DNA of 64,000 nt from Malacoraja senta (GCA_038087875.1 JAXLNO010000104.1:62001-126000); one strand, 5' to 3'; positions 37,394 to 51,376 are shown, counted from the stretch's first letter. The notes: generated from the sequence alone by a model not told the origin. Made by a program: numbers and translations.

Positions 37394-40300
37394 TCCTTCC
37401 CCTTGGAAATAAAAAGCAATACAGTAGTGACAAGGCGACCACGTCTCATACGCTACGAGCAGGTGAGCAAACAGTTAAGCAAAATCACCATAACGGACAG
37501 GCGGCCTGACCACGCGCCCGGACCGGGTACGCAGCTCGCCATCTCCCCCCTCTGGAGGAGGAACTTGAGTAGGAGCAGGCGCGGGTGAGAGATCCGGGGA
37601 ACCGGGAGGAGAAAGAGAAAACGGAGACGGAGCAGGGGAAGCAGGAGCAGTAGTGGGAAGACGGGCAGGTGAGGGAGGACTGGCTGGTGGAGAGCGGGGC
37701 ATACGTGGAGGGGCAGGCAACGTGGCAGACAGTGGGGGGGGGGAAGGGGTCTGCCGGCGGCGGTGGGGGCTCGTTAACAAGCCGCAGATGTTGGCAGGAC
37801 CGGCGGTAAATAGTACCGTCATGGTCGACTAGATAGGACCACGGCGAACCAGCAGTACCGACGACGATGGCAAGCCTGGGGTGACCGGAGGGGGACTGCA
37901 TCCGGACGACTTGGCCAGGCAACAGAGGCGGGAGGGGACGGCAGGACTGGTCGTGGGAGCGCTTTTGGATTTCTTGCTTGAGGGCAATGCGCTCCTGGAC
38001 AGCAGCGGGCTGGAGAACAGAGGGAACGAGGGACCGCTGGGTCACCGGGATCTGAGGTCTCGTAGTGCGAGACATCAGTCGTTGTGCTGGGGAACCCAAT
38101 GCAGTGTCGCGGCAAATGTTCCGAATGTTGAGGAGTGCCAGGTAAAAATCAGAATGGGACAGTCTACAATGTTCCAGCAAGTCCTTAGCTCTGCGGACAG
38201 CGCGCTCTGCCAAGCTGTTGCTTTGTGGGTACTCTGGGCTGCTGGTATAGTGTCGGAAGTTCCAGCTGGCAGCGAAACGCCGAAATTCGGCACTCGAGAA
38301 CTGGCTGCCGTTGTCCGATTGAAGACTTGCCGGGGTGCCAAAGGTTCCGCAGTGTTGGCGCAGCCTCCTGATAACGGCGGAAGAGGTGAGGGAGTGCAGC
38401 CGGTCAACCTCGAACCAGCTGGAGTACGAGTCCACAAGAACCAGGAAGTGCTTGCCACGCCACTCAAAAATGTCAGCGGCGACGGTCATCCAGGGCAGTT
38501 CGGGGGCAGGCTGTTGCAGAAGCGGCTGCCGTTGCTGATGGGGAGCGAGGCTATTGCAGACAGAGCAAGCGGAGACCCTCTCCCGGATGTCTTGGGCCAT
38601 GCTGGGCCAGTAGAACAAACAGGGTGGCCTCGGCCCCAGGATGACTGCGATGGGCGGTCTGAAAGTATTGGTCACGCAGGGCAGCAGGCACGACGACCTT
38701 GTGTCCCTTCACGACCACGCCGTCATGCAGCACGAGTTCGTCACGGACCAGGAAGTAGGGCACGACTCCAGGCGGCAAGGATGAACGACGGTCTGGCCAG
38801 CCCTGCCTGATGACGTCGGCAAGCTGCTGCAGGGCAGATCCTTGGCAGTGTTGCTGACCAGGGACTGCATCTGCTGGGAAGGCACAATGTTGACGTTGAG
38901 CACCATCAGGTCAGACGATTCATATGGATGGCGATCGGTGGACGTTAGCGGTGCGCGGGACAGCGTGTCGGCCACAAACATGTCCTTGCCCTTGCGATAT
39001 ACAATTTTGAACGTAAAACACTAGAGCTGCAGCATCATGCGCTGCAAACGGGACGAGGCAACGTGGATCGGCTTGTTGAGGATAGAGACCAGCAGCTGAT
39101 GGTCGGTCTCGATCGTGAAGCTGTTTCCCAGAATATAGTCCTTGAACTTGGAGCAGGCAAACACCACAGCAAGCAGCTCCTTCTCTATCTGAGCATAGCG
39201 CTGCTCGGCAGGGGTCATGGTGCGGGAAGCGTAGGAATGGGCAATCGTGGAGCTGCAGGCAAGCAGCACCAAGACCGAACTTGGAGGCGTCGCAGGTAAG
39301 AACAATGGGACGCTGCAGATTGAAGAATTGGAGAGTGGGGGTACTGGCCAGCCTGGACTTCAGAACGTCAAAAGCTTTCTGGTGATGCGGGAGCCAGGCC
39401 CAGGCAGTGTCCTTCTTGATCAACTCCCTCAGGGGCGCGCGCCGCTCGCTGAGGCCGGGGATGAACTTCCCCAGGTAATTAACCATGCCCATGAAACGCT
39501 GCAGGCTGGGCACGTCGGTGGGCGAAGACATCCCGGAGTACGCGGCCGTCTTCTGCGGGTCAGGCTTCAGCCCCGATGCGGTAAAGACGTGGCCCACATA
39601 GGTGACCTCCGGGACGCGGAAACGGCACTTTTTTGGGTTAAGTTTGAGGTTGATTTCACGGGCCCGGTCCAGGACTTGACGGAGGTGGAGATCGTGCTCA
39701 GCAACGTCCTTACCGTAGACCAGGATGTCGTCAACGATGATAGCATACGGCAGACCGACGAACAGCTGCTCCATCATCCGCTGGAAGACCTCGCTGGCGG
39801 AGTTGATCCCGAATGGCATGCGGAGGAATCGGAACCTGCCGAAGGGCGTGCTGAAGGTAGTCAGGTAGGAGGACCGCTCGTCCAGCAGTATCTAGGCATC
39901 GAGAACCGAGAAGACAGTGGCCGGGCCAACCTGTGCAGCGACGTCCTTCACTGTTCGCATGGGGTAATGAGGGCGTCTGATGGCAAGGTTCAGGTCTTTG
40001 GGGTTGATGCAAATGCGAATTTCACTTTTGTCCTTTTTCGCAGCAACAACCATGGTGGAGACCCACCGGGTGGGTTCGCTCACCTCCTTCAGGATGCCCA
40101 TGGTAACCATGTTGAGCAGCGTTAATTCCACCTTGTCCTTCATGGCGAAGGAGACGCGGTGCGGTGGACAGACCATAGGTTCAACACCGGGTCGACAACG
40201 ATCTTGTAGCTGCAGGGCAGCTTGCCCAGCTTGTCATCAAAACGGTCAGGGTATTCGCGCAGGGGGTCCATAAGGGTCCGCACCTGGTGGATATCACGGT

Positions 40301-41603
40301 GGAAAGAGACCAAGCCGAGGTCCTGGCACGCCTGGGCGCCCAACAGGGTGATGTTGTTAGTATCCAGTAGATAAAAAGTGAGGGGCCGAGAGGCACGCAG
40401 TACCTTGCAGTGCAGCGTAGCCCTCCCCACCGGAACGAGCACGCTTCCCCCATAGGCATGCAACAGGGAGTGATCGGGAGTAATTTTCTCATCAGCCCTT
40501 ATCTTCTTGAAGAGGCCTATTGACATTACATTGGTCACGGCCCCCGTGTCGAGTTTGGCGGTGAAGGTCGAGGCGTTGATAGTAACGCGAACCGAAGGGT
40601 CCGTTATCAGTGCAGGTGCATCCAACACTGAAAATATGCTGGTCTCCCCCTGGGAGGAACTTGTATCAGACAAAGGGAGTTCTTCAGGCTGGAACTGTGA
40701 AGCAAGCGCACTATCAGCTCGAGCAAGGTTGTTTAACATTCGACGTGGAGCAGGAACTGGCTTCCCACGAGAGCGACAGGCGGCAGAGTAATGGTTCAAC
40801 TTCCTGCAAAAGTTGCACGTTTTTCCCAGTGCAGGGCACAGATTAGACTGATGGGAGGTAAAGTTGCAGTTGGGGCACCGCTGTGGGCTGCTACCCCCGG
40901 GTGCAGGGGACCCCCGTTGCCGTTGCGGGCCAGCGTTCCGCCGGCGGCCAGCAACACTGGTAAAGTTAATGTCATGATCAACAGACGACACCGCCGAGGC
41001 GACAGCCTCAGCCATGCGGGAGGCGTGCAGAGCATCGGCTAAAGACAGGTTGTGCTTCCGCAGAAGTTCAGCCCTTCGTTTTTCATCTTGAAGACCATAC
41101 ACTAAAATGTCCCGGGTCAGTTGATCGGGGGTCAGCGTGTCCAGGCTGCAACGCCTGGCCAGGTGACGCAACGCGGCGATATAGTTATCGATTGACTCTC
41201 CAGAGATCTGACGCCGGGTGAACATTTTAAAACACTCAAGAATGCAGTTAGTGGGGATGTCGCACATAGCGGTAAACTTAGCCATAAGACATACCGGGTC
41301 CTGAGCATCTTCACCTGCACCATAGACAAACGACTCAGCCCGTTCCAGGGCATCAGGACCAGCCAGGTTGAGAAGCAGAGAAGCCCGTGTAGCAGGGGTG
41401 GCAGCAGGATGGGCGATCGTGGCGTAGTGTTGAAAGTCACGTCTAAAGACACCCCACCGATGGGCAATGTCCGAGTCGAAGACAAGCATGTCGGGTTTGC
41501 GGCCAGAAGTAGCCATGGCATGGGAGATTAAAAAATGGGGAAACGGGTCCAAAGTAAAGAAAAACCGATAAACTGGAGGCGCCAAGGTACGATTCAGACA
41601 CCA

Positions 41604-41808
41604 TGTAAAGAGGCGTCATAACACACTGTGTCTTTACTACTGTTTATTCATGATACACATACTTTACTGCCCTAGCTGTTCGTGGTCTGTCACCGGAACC
41701 AGAGAGAGTGAGCACTGGGTGGGAAGGTTGTAATTATACTAGTGATGTGGGGAGTGGTTAGTAGTGGTGAGGTCATTATGTTAAAGGTACATGCACATGT
41801 CATCTACA
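41604..41808 (-). repeat. 5' LTR
   Basis: Direct repeat; adjacent PBS. Confidence 0.95.
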
Positions 41809-41813
41809 AATAG

Positions 41814-42035
41814 GTAGAGCAAAGGGAAAGATAAAGTACAGAATATAAGTCTCGGCATTGTAGCGCATCAGTTCCAGAGACATTGTCCAATGTCCACAAT
41901 GGGGTAGAGGTGAATCGGACAGTACCCTCGCTTGTGGAAGGACCGTTCAGAAGCCTGATAACAGAGGGGAAGTAGCTGTTCCTGAGTCTGATGGTGCGCA
42001 CCTTCAAGCATCACTATCTTCTCCCTAACAGGGAT
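41814..42035 (-). mobile_element. Rex1 3' fragment (its tail at 37073-37188 was split off by the Gypsy insertion)
   Basis: RTIRLRNSYFPSVIRLLN. Confidence 0.7.
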
Positions 42036-43258
42036 GGGGAGAAGAGAGAATGAGCGGGGTGAAATAGGTCCCTTTAAAATGCTCAGCTATACCTCTCCCT
42101 TTCTGATTCCAGTGTTTACTCTTGAAACATTTTTATTGCACAAAAGCAAGTTGAAGCACTGGAGGAACTGTTGCTGTGAATCTATGCTCAATGTTGTCAT
42201 GTGTACTGAGATAAAGAGAAAAGTGATTAAGAAGGAACTGCAGATGCTGGAAAATCGAAGGTAGACAAAAGCGCTGGAGAAACTCAGCGGGTGCGGCAGC
42301 ATCTATGGAGCGAAAGAAATAGGCAACGTTTCGGGCCGAAACCCTTCTTCAAGAGAAAAGCTTTTGTTTGCATGCTCTTCAATTAAATCGGAACATGTTG
42401 TACATGAAAACATTCTCAAATCTTGGAGGGGTTTGGGGGAACTACTTGCATTTACATTAGCAATTGAGTCAAATTTAAAATCTAGATGCTAGAAATCTGA
42501 AATAAAAACAAAATTCTGCGGGGAAAAAACTTAGCCTGTTAGGCAGCATCTATGGAAGGAGAAACCGTAACCTTGCAAGCCAGAGACTTTCTCAGAGCAG
42601 AGAAGAAGAGAAAGCAAAACACAAAGTGCTGGAGGAACTCAGTGGATCAGTCAGCGTCTGTGGAAGGGATGGACAGGTGGTGCTTTGGGACATCCTCCGT
42701 ATTCCCTCCATAGATGCTGCCTGACTGGCTGCGTTCCACTCGCTTGTTGGTTTGTATTCAGAAAGCAAGTTAGTCTAAGTGTTGGAGGATCTCAGCAGGT
42801 CAGGCAGCATCTGTGGAGGGAATGGACAGACGACGTTACAGGATGCAAGAGAAGACCGAAAACGATCATCCGTGTGCTAACTCTTTTAGTTTTAGATTAG
42901 TTTATTGTCACGTGTGCCGAGGCATAGTGAAAAGCTTTTTTGTTGCGTGCTATCCACAAGCAGAAAGACTGTACATGATTACAATCGAGATATCCACAGT
43001 GTACAGATACAGGATAAAGGGAATAATGTTCAGTGTAAGCTAAAGTCCGATTTAAGACAGTCCGAGGGTCTCCAATGAGGCAGATAGTAGCTCAGGACCG
43101 CTCTCTAGTTGGCATCAAGCCAAGGTTGGGTTACAGAGCAAGGTGCCAGGTGGGTTCAGAGTCGGTGTCAGGGTATAATTGAGATTGGGTCTGTGTACAT
43201 ACAGTATTGGCATTGCCTGGTTAACCTCTCCCTCCCCCTCTGCTGTCGATGTCTTCAG

Positions 43259-43415
43259 GTACCAGGACACCATTGAGGCGTACCGCGAGGAGCATGGCAA
43301 GTGGGAGATATTTGGAGTGATGCTGATTAGCCACAGCTGGCTAGGCTGTGTCACCGTGCAGGTGCAGAAGAAGACGTGGCCTGGCCGCTCGGCTGAGAAC
43401 GTGTCCGCAGATTGA
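43259..43415 (+). CDS. Terminal kelch exon (YQDTIEAY...WEIFGVM...SWLGCVTVQ...*)
   Basis: Pyrimidine tract and CAG acceptor; phase 2; TGA at 43413-15. Confidence 0.8.
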
Positions 43416-43964
43416 CGGGGCAATCCGCCAGCGGGCTTCCACTGGCTCCGTCGCAAGTCTCCCACCTTGTGTGTCAACCACAGATTAGAGACTGGCCATG
43501 GGACATCTTCAGAAGATCCACAGGTCCACCTGATGCAGGGTTACAGAAGCACTTTGGACATCATTTGCAACACTAGCAGCACTGGGATGTTAATTGTGGC
43601 AGAGGCGTATAACTGCTGTCTAACGTTCCCTGGGGTCTGCACGGGGTTACTGGGGTCAAGGTGACTGTGTTCCTTCCTGTCTGCTCAACCAAGGTGAAAA
43701 CCATCTTCCTATGTTTCACTCGTGTGCCCTGAATCTGATTGCATACTCCACGCACCAAAAATGGTCATCAACTAGCGTCCTTCACTGCACTGTGCAAATA
43801 TCTCCCATTTACTTCTCAGTTTTTCTCTGGGTACTATGACTTTCCTGCTACATCCAAATGAAAACTACATGAATTGGTGGGCTAATTGGCTACTATATGC
43901 TGTGTCTAGTATGCAGGTGAGAGGTAGAGAATGGGAGGAGTTGATGGGAACGTGGGAGGGTTAG

Positions 43965-46900
43965 CAAAGGCCACAGAAGATGGCGGCAGTTTCACACGCA
44001 GCATCTTTGCGCTCCCCAGTCCGAGTCAATTCGGAGCAGCCCAGTACCGAACGCGGCTGTGGAAAGAAGGTACTTAAATACCTCAGAACCCCGAGAACCC
44101 CTAGAAATCCCAGTACCCCCAGAAAACTCAGTAAGGGATTCACCACCAGGACGGGGAAATCCAGCACCCGCACCGTAATCCCGACAGGTTGCACATGGAG
44201 CCGAACGGAACTGCTCAACATCGGACATGGCTGCGAGAAACTGGCTTGTGAGTACTACAGTACCCACACCAAAATCCCGATGGAGCTAGGCAGAACATCC
44301 CCCTGGATCACCACTCCGGAGGGTAGGAGACGGAGCAAGCGCCGGGAGAGAAAGCAGACACGTGGAAGGCGAGCGGGGGTGCAGGACAGGCTACGGAGGG
44401 CTCCACAAAGACCATCCCTACCAAGAGCCTTTCTCGCAAATGTCCGGTCACTCACCAACAAGCTGGATGAGGTAAGGCACTGGATCAACACCCAGCGATC
44501 CCTGAAAGACTGCTGTGTGCTGATCTTCACAGAGACCTGGCTCAGCACCTTCCAGACATAACGAACTGCATCGTGCAAGGGTGGCGGGCTCTGCATCTAT
44601 ATCAACAATGACTGGTGCACCAACCACACTGCAGTAGAGAGCTACTGTTCCCCAGATCTGCAATACCTACTGATTAAATGTAGGCTGTTTTATCTGCCTC
44701 GGGAGTTTACTGTGGTTATCATCATGGCCGTATACATTCCACCACAGGTTATTGCTAACCTAGCGCTAGCACAGCTGCACTCGGCTGTCAGTAAGCAGCA
44801 GGATGCTCACCCCGACGGTGCCTTCATTGTTGCAGGGGACTTTAATCAGGTCGACCTACGAGCCACACTCCGCAAATTCCACCAGCATGTGCAGTGCCCT
44901 ACCAGGGGCTCACGTACGCTGGATAAAGTGTACACCAACATCAAGGACGCATACAGAGCTCTCCCCCGCCCATCCCTGGGACAATCCGATCTCCTCTCAC
45001 TGTTTCTACTGCCTGCATAGAAACCCCTCATCCGCAAGATCAAACCTGCAATAAAGACGGTCAAAATATGGCCCGAGGACGCCACCCTACAACTCCAGGA
45101 CTGCTTTGATCGCACCGACTGGGACCTGTTTGCACAACAAGCTACCAGTGGTACAGAGGTAGACTTGGAGGAGTACACATCCACTGTGCTCTCCTACATC
45201 AATTGCTGTGTGGAGTCTGTCACAGTGGACAAGCAAATAAAGATGTTCCCAAACCGGAAACCCTGGATGAACAAGGAGGTTCAGAATCTGCTAAAGGCAC
45301 ACAACAATGCCTTTAAATCCAGGGACACTTCTGCATACAGTGCTGCCAGGTCAAACCTGAACAAAGGCATAAAAAAGGCCAAACACATCCACAGGCAAAG
45401 GGTGGAAGACCACTTCAATACCGCAGACACCAGAAGCATGTCGCAGGGACATCACTGACTACAAGAGCAGCCCCGCCTGCCCCCACAGTGATATCACACT
45501 GGCCAATGAGTTAAACACCTTCTTTGCCCGCTTCGAAACTGGCAACACCACCAGGCGTGGAATAACCCCGGCCATGGCGGAGGGACAGGTCTTAACACTG
45601 AGCACTCAGGAGGTAGGATCAATCCACGCAAGGCTGCAAGCCCGGATGGAGTCCAAGGGAGGGTACTAAAGGACTATGCTGTACAGCTGGCTGAGGTATT
45701 CACGAGGATCTTTAACCTGTTTCTATCTCTGCCAACGGTCCCCAAGTGCCTGAAGACAGCTACCATAGTGCCGGTGCCGTAAAAGTCAAAAGTCACCAAC
45801 CTAAATGACTACCGCCCAGTTGCCCTAACTCCAATACCCATGAAGTGCTTTGAAAGGCTGGTCCTCTCTCACATCAAATCCAGCATCGCTGCCTCACTGG
45901 ACTCTCATCAATTTGCATACAGGGCAAATAGATCCACAGAGGATGCCATCTCTCTGGCTCTTCACACTGTCCTGACTCCCCTGGAAAGACAGGGCACGTA
46001 CGTGAGGATGCTCTTCATAGACTATAGCTCTGCCTTCAACACGGTCATCCCCACCAAGCTCACCACCAAACTCCACCAGCTAAGCTTCAGCTCGCCGATA
46101 TGCGACTGGATCCTGAATTTTCTGACGGAGCGACCGCAGGCAGTGAGACTGGACCCGCACCTGTCCTCCACTATCAACCTGAGCACCGGCACACCATAGG
46201 GCTGTGTACTAAGCCCCATGCTCTACTCCCTCTTCACACACGACTGTGTTCCTGCATTCGACACCAACATCATCGTCAAGTTTGCAGACGACACAACGGT
46301 GATCAGGCTGATCACCAAACTACAGAGCGGAGTTGCAGAACCTGGCGGACTGGTGCTCAGATAACAACTTGTCCCTAAACTCTTCCAAGACCAAGGAGCT
46401 GATTATCGACTTCAGGAGGACACATAATGGGGAATACGCCCCAATCTCCATCTACGGGGAAAGTGTGGAGAGAGTGTCCAGCTTTAAGTTTCTGGGCACA
46501 CACATCTCAGAGGACCTCACATGGTCCACCAACACTGCTGTGCTGGTCAAGAAGGCACAGCAACGACTGTTCTTCCTGAGAATATTGAAAAAGACTGGTC
46601 TGCCCCAACAGCTGCTGACAACCTTCTACCGCTGCACCACAGAGAGCATCCTAATGTATGGCATCTCTGTGTGGTATCTCAGCTGCACGGAGGGGGAGAG
46701 GAGATCTCTTCAGCACGTCGTCCACAGAGTGCAGAAGATTATTGGGACACAGCTACCAGCCTTGGAAAGCATCTACTACACACGGTGCCTCAGGAAGGCC
46801 GTCAGCATCCACAAAGACTCCTCACACCCTTGCAATGGACTGTTCGAACTCCTACCTTCAGGCAGACGTTACAAGGCCTTCTACGCCCGCACTGCCAGAC

Positions 46901-47193
46901 TCAGGAACAGCTTCATCCCCAGAGATATAGCTGCTCTGAACCGGCCCTGTTGAATGCCCCCCACCCCCATGAACTGTCTCCCTCGGATGGTCACGTCGCA
47001 CATCGACTCGGCACAGACACATTTGCACTTTAGACTGTTTTGACTGTTTTACTGTTCTTTTTATAAATCATGTTTCTCGGGGTATCTAAATCTAAATGTT
47101 ATTAGTTGTTTAAGTTATGACATCGGATGGAAGCTGCATACCACATCTCGTTTCACATATGTGCAATGACAATAAAAGATATTATTATTATTA
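43965..47193 (+). mobile_element. Near full-length Rex1/Babar LINE (degraded), inserted in a SINE
   Basis: AAGATGGCGG start; [46 protein letters not shown]; (ATT)n tail; TTAG on both sides. Confidence 0.9.
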
Positions 47194-47840
47194 TTAGTGT
47201 AAAATTGGATGGCTGATGGTTGGTGTGGAGTCAGTGGGGTGAAGGGCTCGCGAGGATCCATGTTCCAAGATGGTGCTGACAAGTTGATGGCAGATGACCC
47301 ATTTTACTAACGGGCTGCATTATATAGCAGCGGTCGGTGAGGGAGGTTAATTGCTACTGATTTGCTACTCTTCACCTCCATTATGAATCTGGCATCTTTG
47401 GGTGGGTTCTACACTTGAGTTGGGGTTTAATGTGTAATTCTCCAGCCATTGTGAGGCACCTGAGACGTTCCTTGGTCTGCTAACTGACAAAAGCTGCCAT
47501 CATTCTCAAACATTGACAAGTTGAGGGAGAACCTTCCAAATGTGATGTTTAGAGCTTCAGATTTTGTTGCACAAATAATAGTTGATAAAGAATATATATA
47601 ATCATGAAGTTACGCAATATATTTATGGCAGTAATGTGATGTATGATCCCATGTTTTTGTTTTAAAGATAGTCACTGCTCCTGTTCAAATGTGCAAGATT
47701 TGTGTTCCAAATTATAAATAAAGTTATTGAATCATTTAATGTAAATTCTATGCCTGATCTATATAAATGTTTTCCAATTGCCTTAGAGATTTGAAAGAGT
47801 GGAATAATTGTGAGGAGAGAGGTTTTCAGACGGAGAGCAC

Positions 47841-48434
47841 CAAAGATACTAGAGGAGCAAGATAGACCAGTCCTCCGAAATCCAATGGAGTGACGTGTAG
47901 TACGTAACGGAACATCACGGCCGCCATTTTTTAATGCAAAACGCGACTTCTTTGGTAGCGGGGACGGACTCCACAGTTATACAATCTGCGCTTACATCAG
48001 GTCGCAGGGAAGAGCAAAGATACTGGAGGCTCCTATAGTATCTTTGGGGGAAGAGGACATTTCCTCCACTCCTGAGTTGATCCAGGACTGATACTCGGTC
48101 TCCCCGATACCAGATGAAGGCGGCCGGCACCAGGCTCTCTGTCTGGCGGGAGAGCCTCAAGCGTCGGCGCTCCCGAGGCAGCGGGCAATGCTCCTCTCGT
48201 ATCTTTGGTGTAATCCATTCCAAAGATTGATCCGCTCTATCATCTTTGGTGTAATCCGTGTTGTAGGGAACAGTGTTTTATATGGCATCTATCACGTCAC
48301 ATATTTAGTTAATATTATTGTAAATATTATTATTATTGAAAATTGCAGTCCGGTAAAATGGCGTCAACACTCATCCATGTCATACTACGCTTTTTTCGCA
48401 GAGTGGCGCATCTTGCTCTGCTCTAGTATTTTTG
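47841..48434. mobile_element. Non-autonomous DNA transposon with an 8-bp TSD (P-element or hAT type)
   Basis: TIR CAAAGATACTAGAG(GA)GCAAGAT / ATCTTGCTCTGCTCTAGTATTTTTG; GAGAGCAC at 47833-40 and 48435-42. Confidence 0.8.
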
Positions 48435-48669
48435 GAGAGCACTGCCAGAGGTGAGCGGGGGCCGGCAGAAGGGGCTGTCCGTCCCAGCGGCCGGTCGCAG
48501 CCACCCGAGCTAATTCACTCCCCGGGCACAATGCGGTGGCTTCGTGCCCGGAGCGTCGCAAGTGGGTTACTGGCATAATCCCCGACCCCCTCTTTCACAA
48601 TGTTCCTACCCTCCCCAGAAATTTACCCAGATTCTCCAAACACTGTGAAAGAAGCTCTTCCTCTCCCCC

Positions 48670-49111
48670 CCCCATGAAATACGGTATTTAAAAACATATA
48701 GCACCAAGAGATTTACCGACCACATTATTGGTACACAAACTCCATTCTTATCTCTTTGTTTCTTAAGATACACTTAAGATAATGACAATCCATATTTGAA
48801 AAACCCGCCAAGAAACTAGCGCTGCGTATGTGCAGTAGGCTGCTGCACCTGCGCAGAATTGCAAAGGCAGAATTTGAGCTGCCTTCAGCCCCGCTTGTCA
48901 TTGACGGCTTGAAGCAGCGCTGACGGCACGTGGGTTGCACAGACCTTCGTGTGTTGCAAGCGCTGCGGATGAAAGGCACGGAGAATTATGCCTACCTAAG
49001 AGATCGATCGCTTAGATAGGCATAATTCTCCCTTGCCTTTACTATTTAGATTTAATAATTACATTTTATAATTTTAGTCAGGCTAGGCAGTCCTTACCTT
49101 GCCTGCCACTG
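48670..49111 (-). mobile_element. hAT-like MITE fragment with an internal palindrome (inverted relative of 57376-57810)
   Basis: Shared sequence, including AGGCAAGGTAGGCA..GCCTA and a ~70 bp palindrome. Confidence 0.6.
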
Positions 49112-49579
49112 AGTTACTCCTTTGTGTCCTTTTTTTGTATACCAGCATCTACAGTTTCACTGTTTCCACCTATCACTTGCCACCTCCTGCCCCACCCCTT
49201 CCCCTCACATCTCTCTCTACCATATTTCTCCGCTCTACTCCATCGCTCCAAAGAAGAGTTCCGCCCTGAAACGTCGCCTGTCAATTTGCCTCTACAGATG
49301 CTGCCCGACCCTCTGAGTTGATCCAGCATGTTGTCGCTCCGGGTTCCGGCATTTACTGCTTCGTGTGTCCTGTCCACTTAATACGTGTGATGTTATGTGA
49401 CTGTTTCCAGAGCCCAATTTGCATTGCACTCTGACCCAGCCTCAGGGACAGAGAGGAGAGGAACCGCCCATTCCCTCCACAGATGCTGCCTAGCCCGCTG
49501 GGTTTATCAGCTGTTTGTTTTTTTACACATAGAGCTTGGCTGGACTGGAGACTTGGTTATACAGGAAACGGTGTTTTGT

Positions 49580-49846
49580 TATAGATACAGCACAGAAACA
49601 GGCCCTTCGGTCCACGGAGTCCACACTGACCAGTGATCCCAATGCACTTGCACTACCCCACACACTAGGGACAATTTTACCGATGCCAATTAACCTACAA
49701 ACCTGCACGTCTTTGGAATGTGGAAGGAAACCCATGCGGTCAGAGGAAGAACGTGCAAACTCCGTAAAGACAGCACCCATAGTCGGAATTGAACCTGGGT
49801 CTGGTGTTGTGAGGCAGCAACACTACCGCTGTGCCACGGTGCTGCC
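49580..49846 (-). mobile_element. HE1/V-SINE-type SINE (others at 50950-51215 and 58633-58930)
   Basis: Reverse-complement SINE consensus. Confidence 0.8.
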
Positions 49847-51376
49847 CAGTGATGGGCGAGATATACAAAATTATGAGAAGGTGTATTTTGGATGGTTAGT
49901 GAGCTTTTTCCCATGGTGGCGTGTTTACAAAAAGGGGGATAGTATCAATGTATAAAGACAAGGAACTTGTGTGAACACGATCGGTGGTCAGCATGGACTC
50001 AATGGGCCGAAGGGCCTGTTTCCATGCTGGAATGAGGAACTGTAGATACTGGTTTATCAAGGAAAGACACAAATTGAAGGGTGGTGCTGGCTCAAAGGGC
50101 CAAATGGGCCTACTCCTGCACCTATTGTCTAAAATGATGCAGTAATTCAGTGTGTCAGGTGGCATCTCTGGATGACATGGATAGGTGACATATTGGGTTG
50201 CGACCCTTTTTCAGACGATATAATGAATCAAGGTGGAAGGCTTAGAAAGATTTGGGGGGGGATTTTCTCCAGATAGGGGCTGGAATCTGGAAAGCTCTGC
50301 CTGAGGGAATGGTGGAGGTCGGTGTCCACACACAAGAGCATCTGGACATCTTGAATCGCAAGGGCATCGAAGTCATGGAGTCACACAGCACGGAAACAGA
50401 CACTTCGGCCCACCTCGTCCATGCTAACCAAGATACCCATCCACAATAATCGCATTTGGCCCATATCCCTCTAAACATTTCCTATCCATGAACCTGTTCA
50501 AGTGTCTTTTAAATGTTGTTATAATACCTGCCTCAACTACCTCCTCTGGCAGCTGGTTCCATATACCCATTACCCTCTGTGTGAAATGGTTGCCCCCCAG
50601 GTTCCCATTAAATCTTTCACCCTTCACCTTCAACCTGTGTCCTTGTGTTCTTGGTTCTCATACACTGAGTAAAAATGATTGTCTATTCTTGTCTAATGTG
50701 ACCTGTTATAAATGTCTGCGTTTAGTTTATCAACAGGTGCCAAGTGTCTGTGACCGTTGATCTTTAGCTGGGAGCAATTCTCTTTATGACGTGCTTCAAC
50801 CAGCCATGAAGTTATTTTATATTAGTATGTAATTACCCAGAATCAAATCCACTTTCATTAAAAGAGATCTGGTGACAAGAAATTTGTGAAGTACTCATTT
50901 TAAACGTAGTGCATTGCAGCCTGCAGTCGGGTGAACAAATGATTGATTGAAAGATACAGCATGGAAACAGGCCCTTCGGCCCACCGAGTCCACGCCAACC
51001 ATCGATCACCCATTCACACTAGTTCTGTTATTTTACTTTCTCATCCACTCCCCACACGCGAGGGGCAATTTACAACCAATTAACCTACAAACCTACATGT
51101 CTTTCGAGGAAACCCACGTGGTCACAGGGAGAACATGCAAACTCCACATATACAGCACCCAAGGTCAGGATCGAACCCGGGTTTCTGGCGCTGTGACGCA
51201 GCAGCTCTACCTGCTGCATTACTATGTCTGTTTAGTTTGGAGATACAGCATGGAAACAGGCCCTTCGGCCCACCGAGTCCACGCTGACCATCGAGACTTG
51301 CCTGCGCATCCATCTTTTATCTCGTGGATTCCAGCTCCGGTTCCAGACATCCCAGTTCAGACCCAACCCAGACTAT

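Larger units (their letters stand above)
37189..41808 (-). mobile_element. Full-length Gypsy LTR retrotransposon (gag-PR-RT-RH-IN, frameshifted)
   Basis: 205-bp TG...CA LTRs; AATAG TSD; PBS TGGTGTCTGAA; PPT AAGGGGAAGGA; CCHC knuckle, LDTGA, IVDDIL, YAQIEKE, SDNGSQF. Confidence 0.95.
35357..43415 (+). pseudogene. Kelch-repeat (KLHL-like) gene, last four exons; frameshifted
   Basis: Exons 35357-35537, 35831-35977, 36861-37026, 43259-43415 give canonical GG...Y...W kelch repeats; TCGC insertion at 35395-98 splits a GG motif; no BTB/BACK exons found upstream in the window. Confidence 0.8.

Noticed and set aside
37881..41042. + strand ORFs of up to about 300 aa
   Set aside because: Antisense shadows of Gypsy gag-pol.
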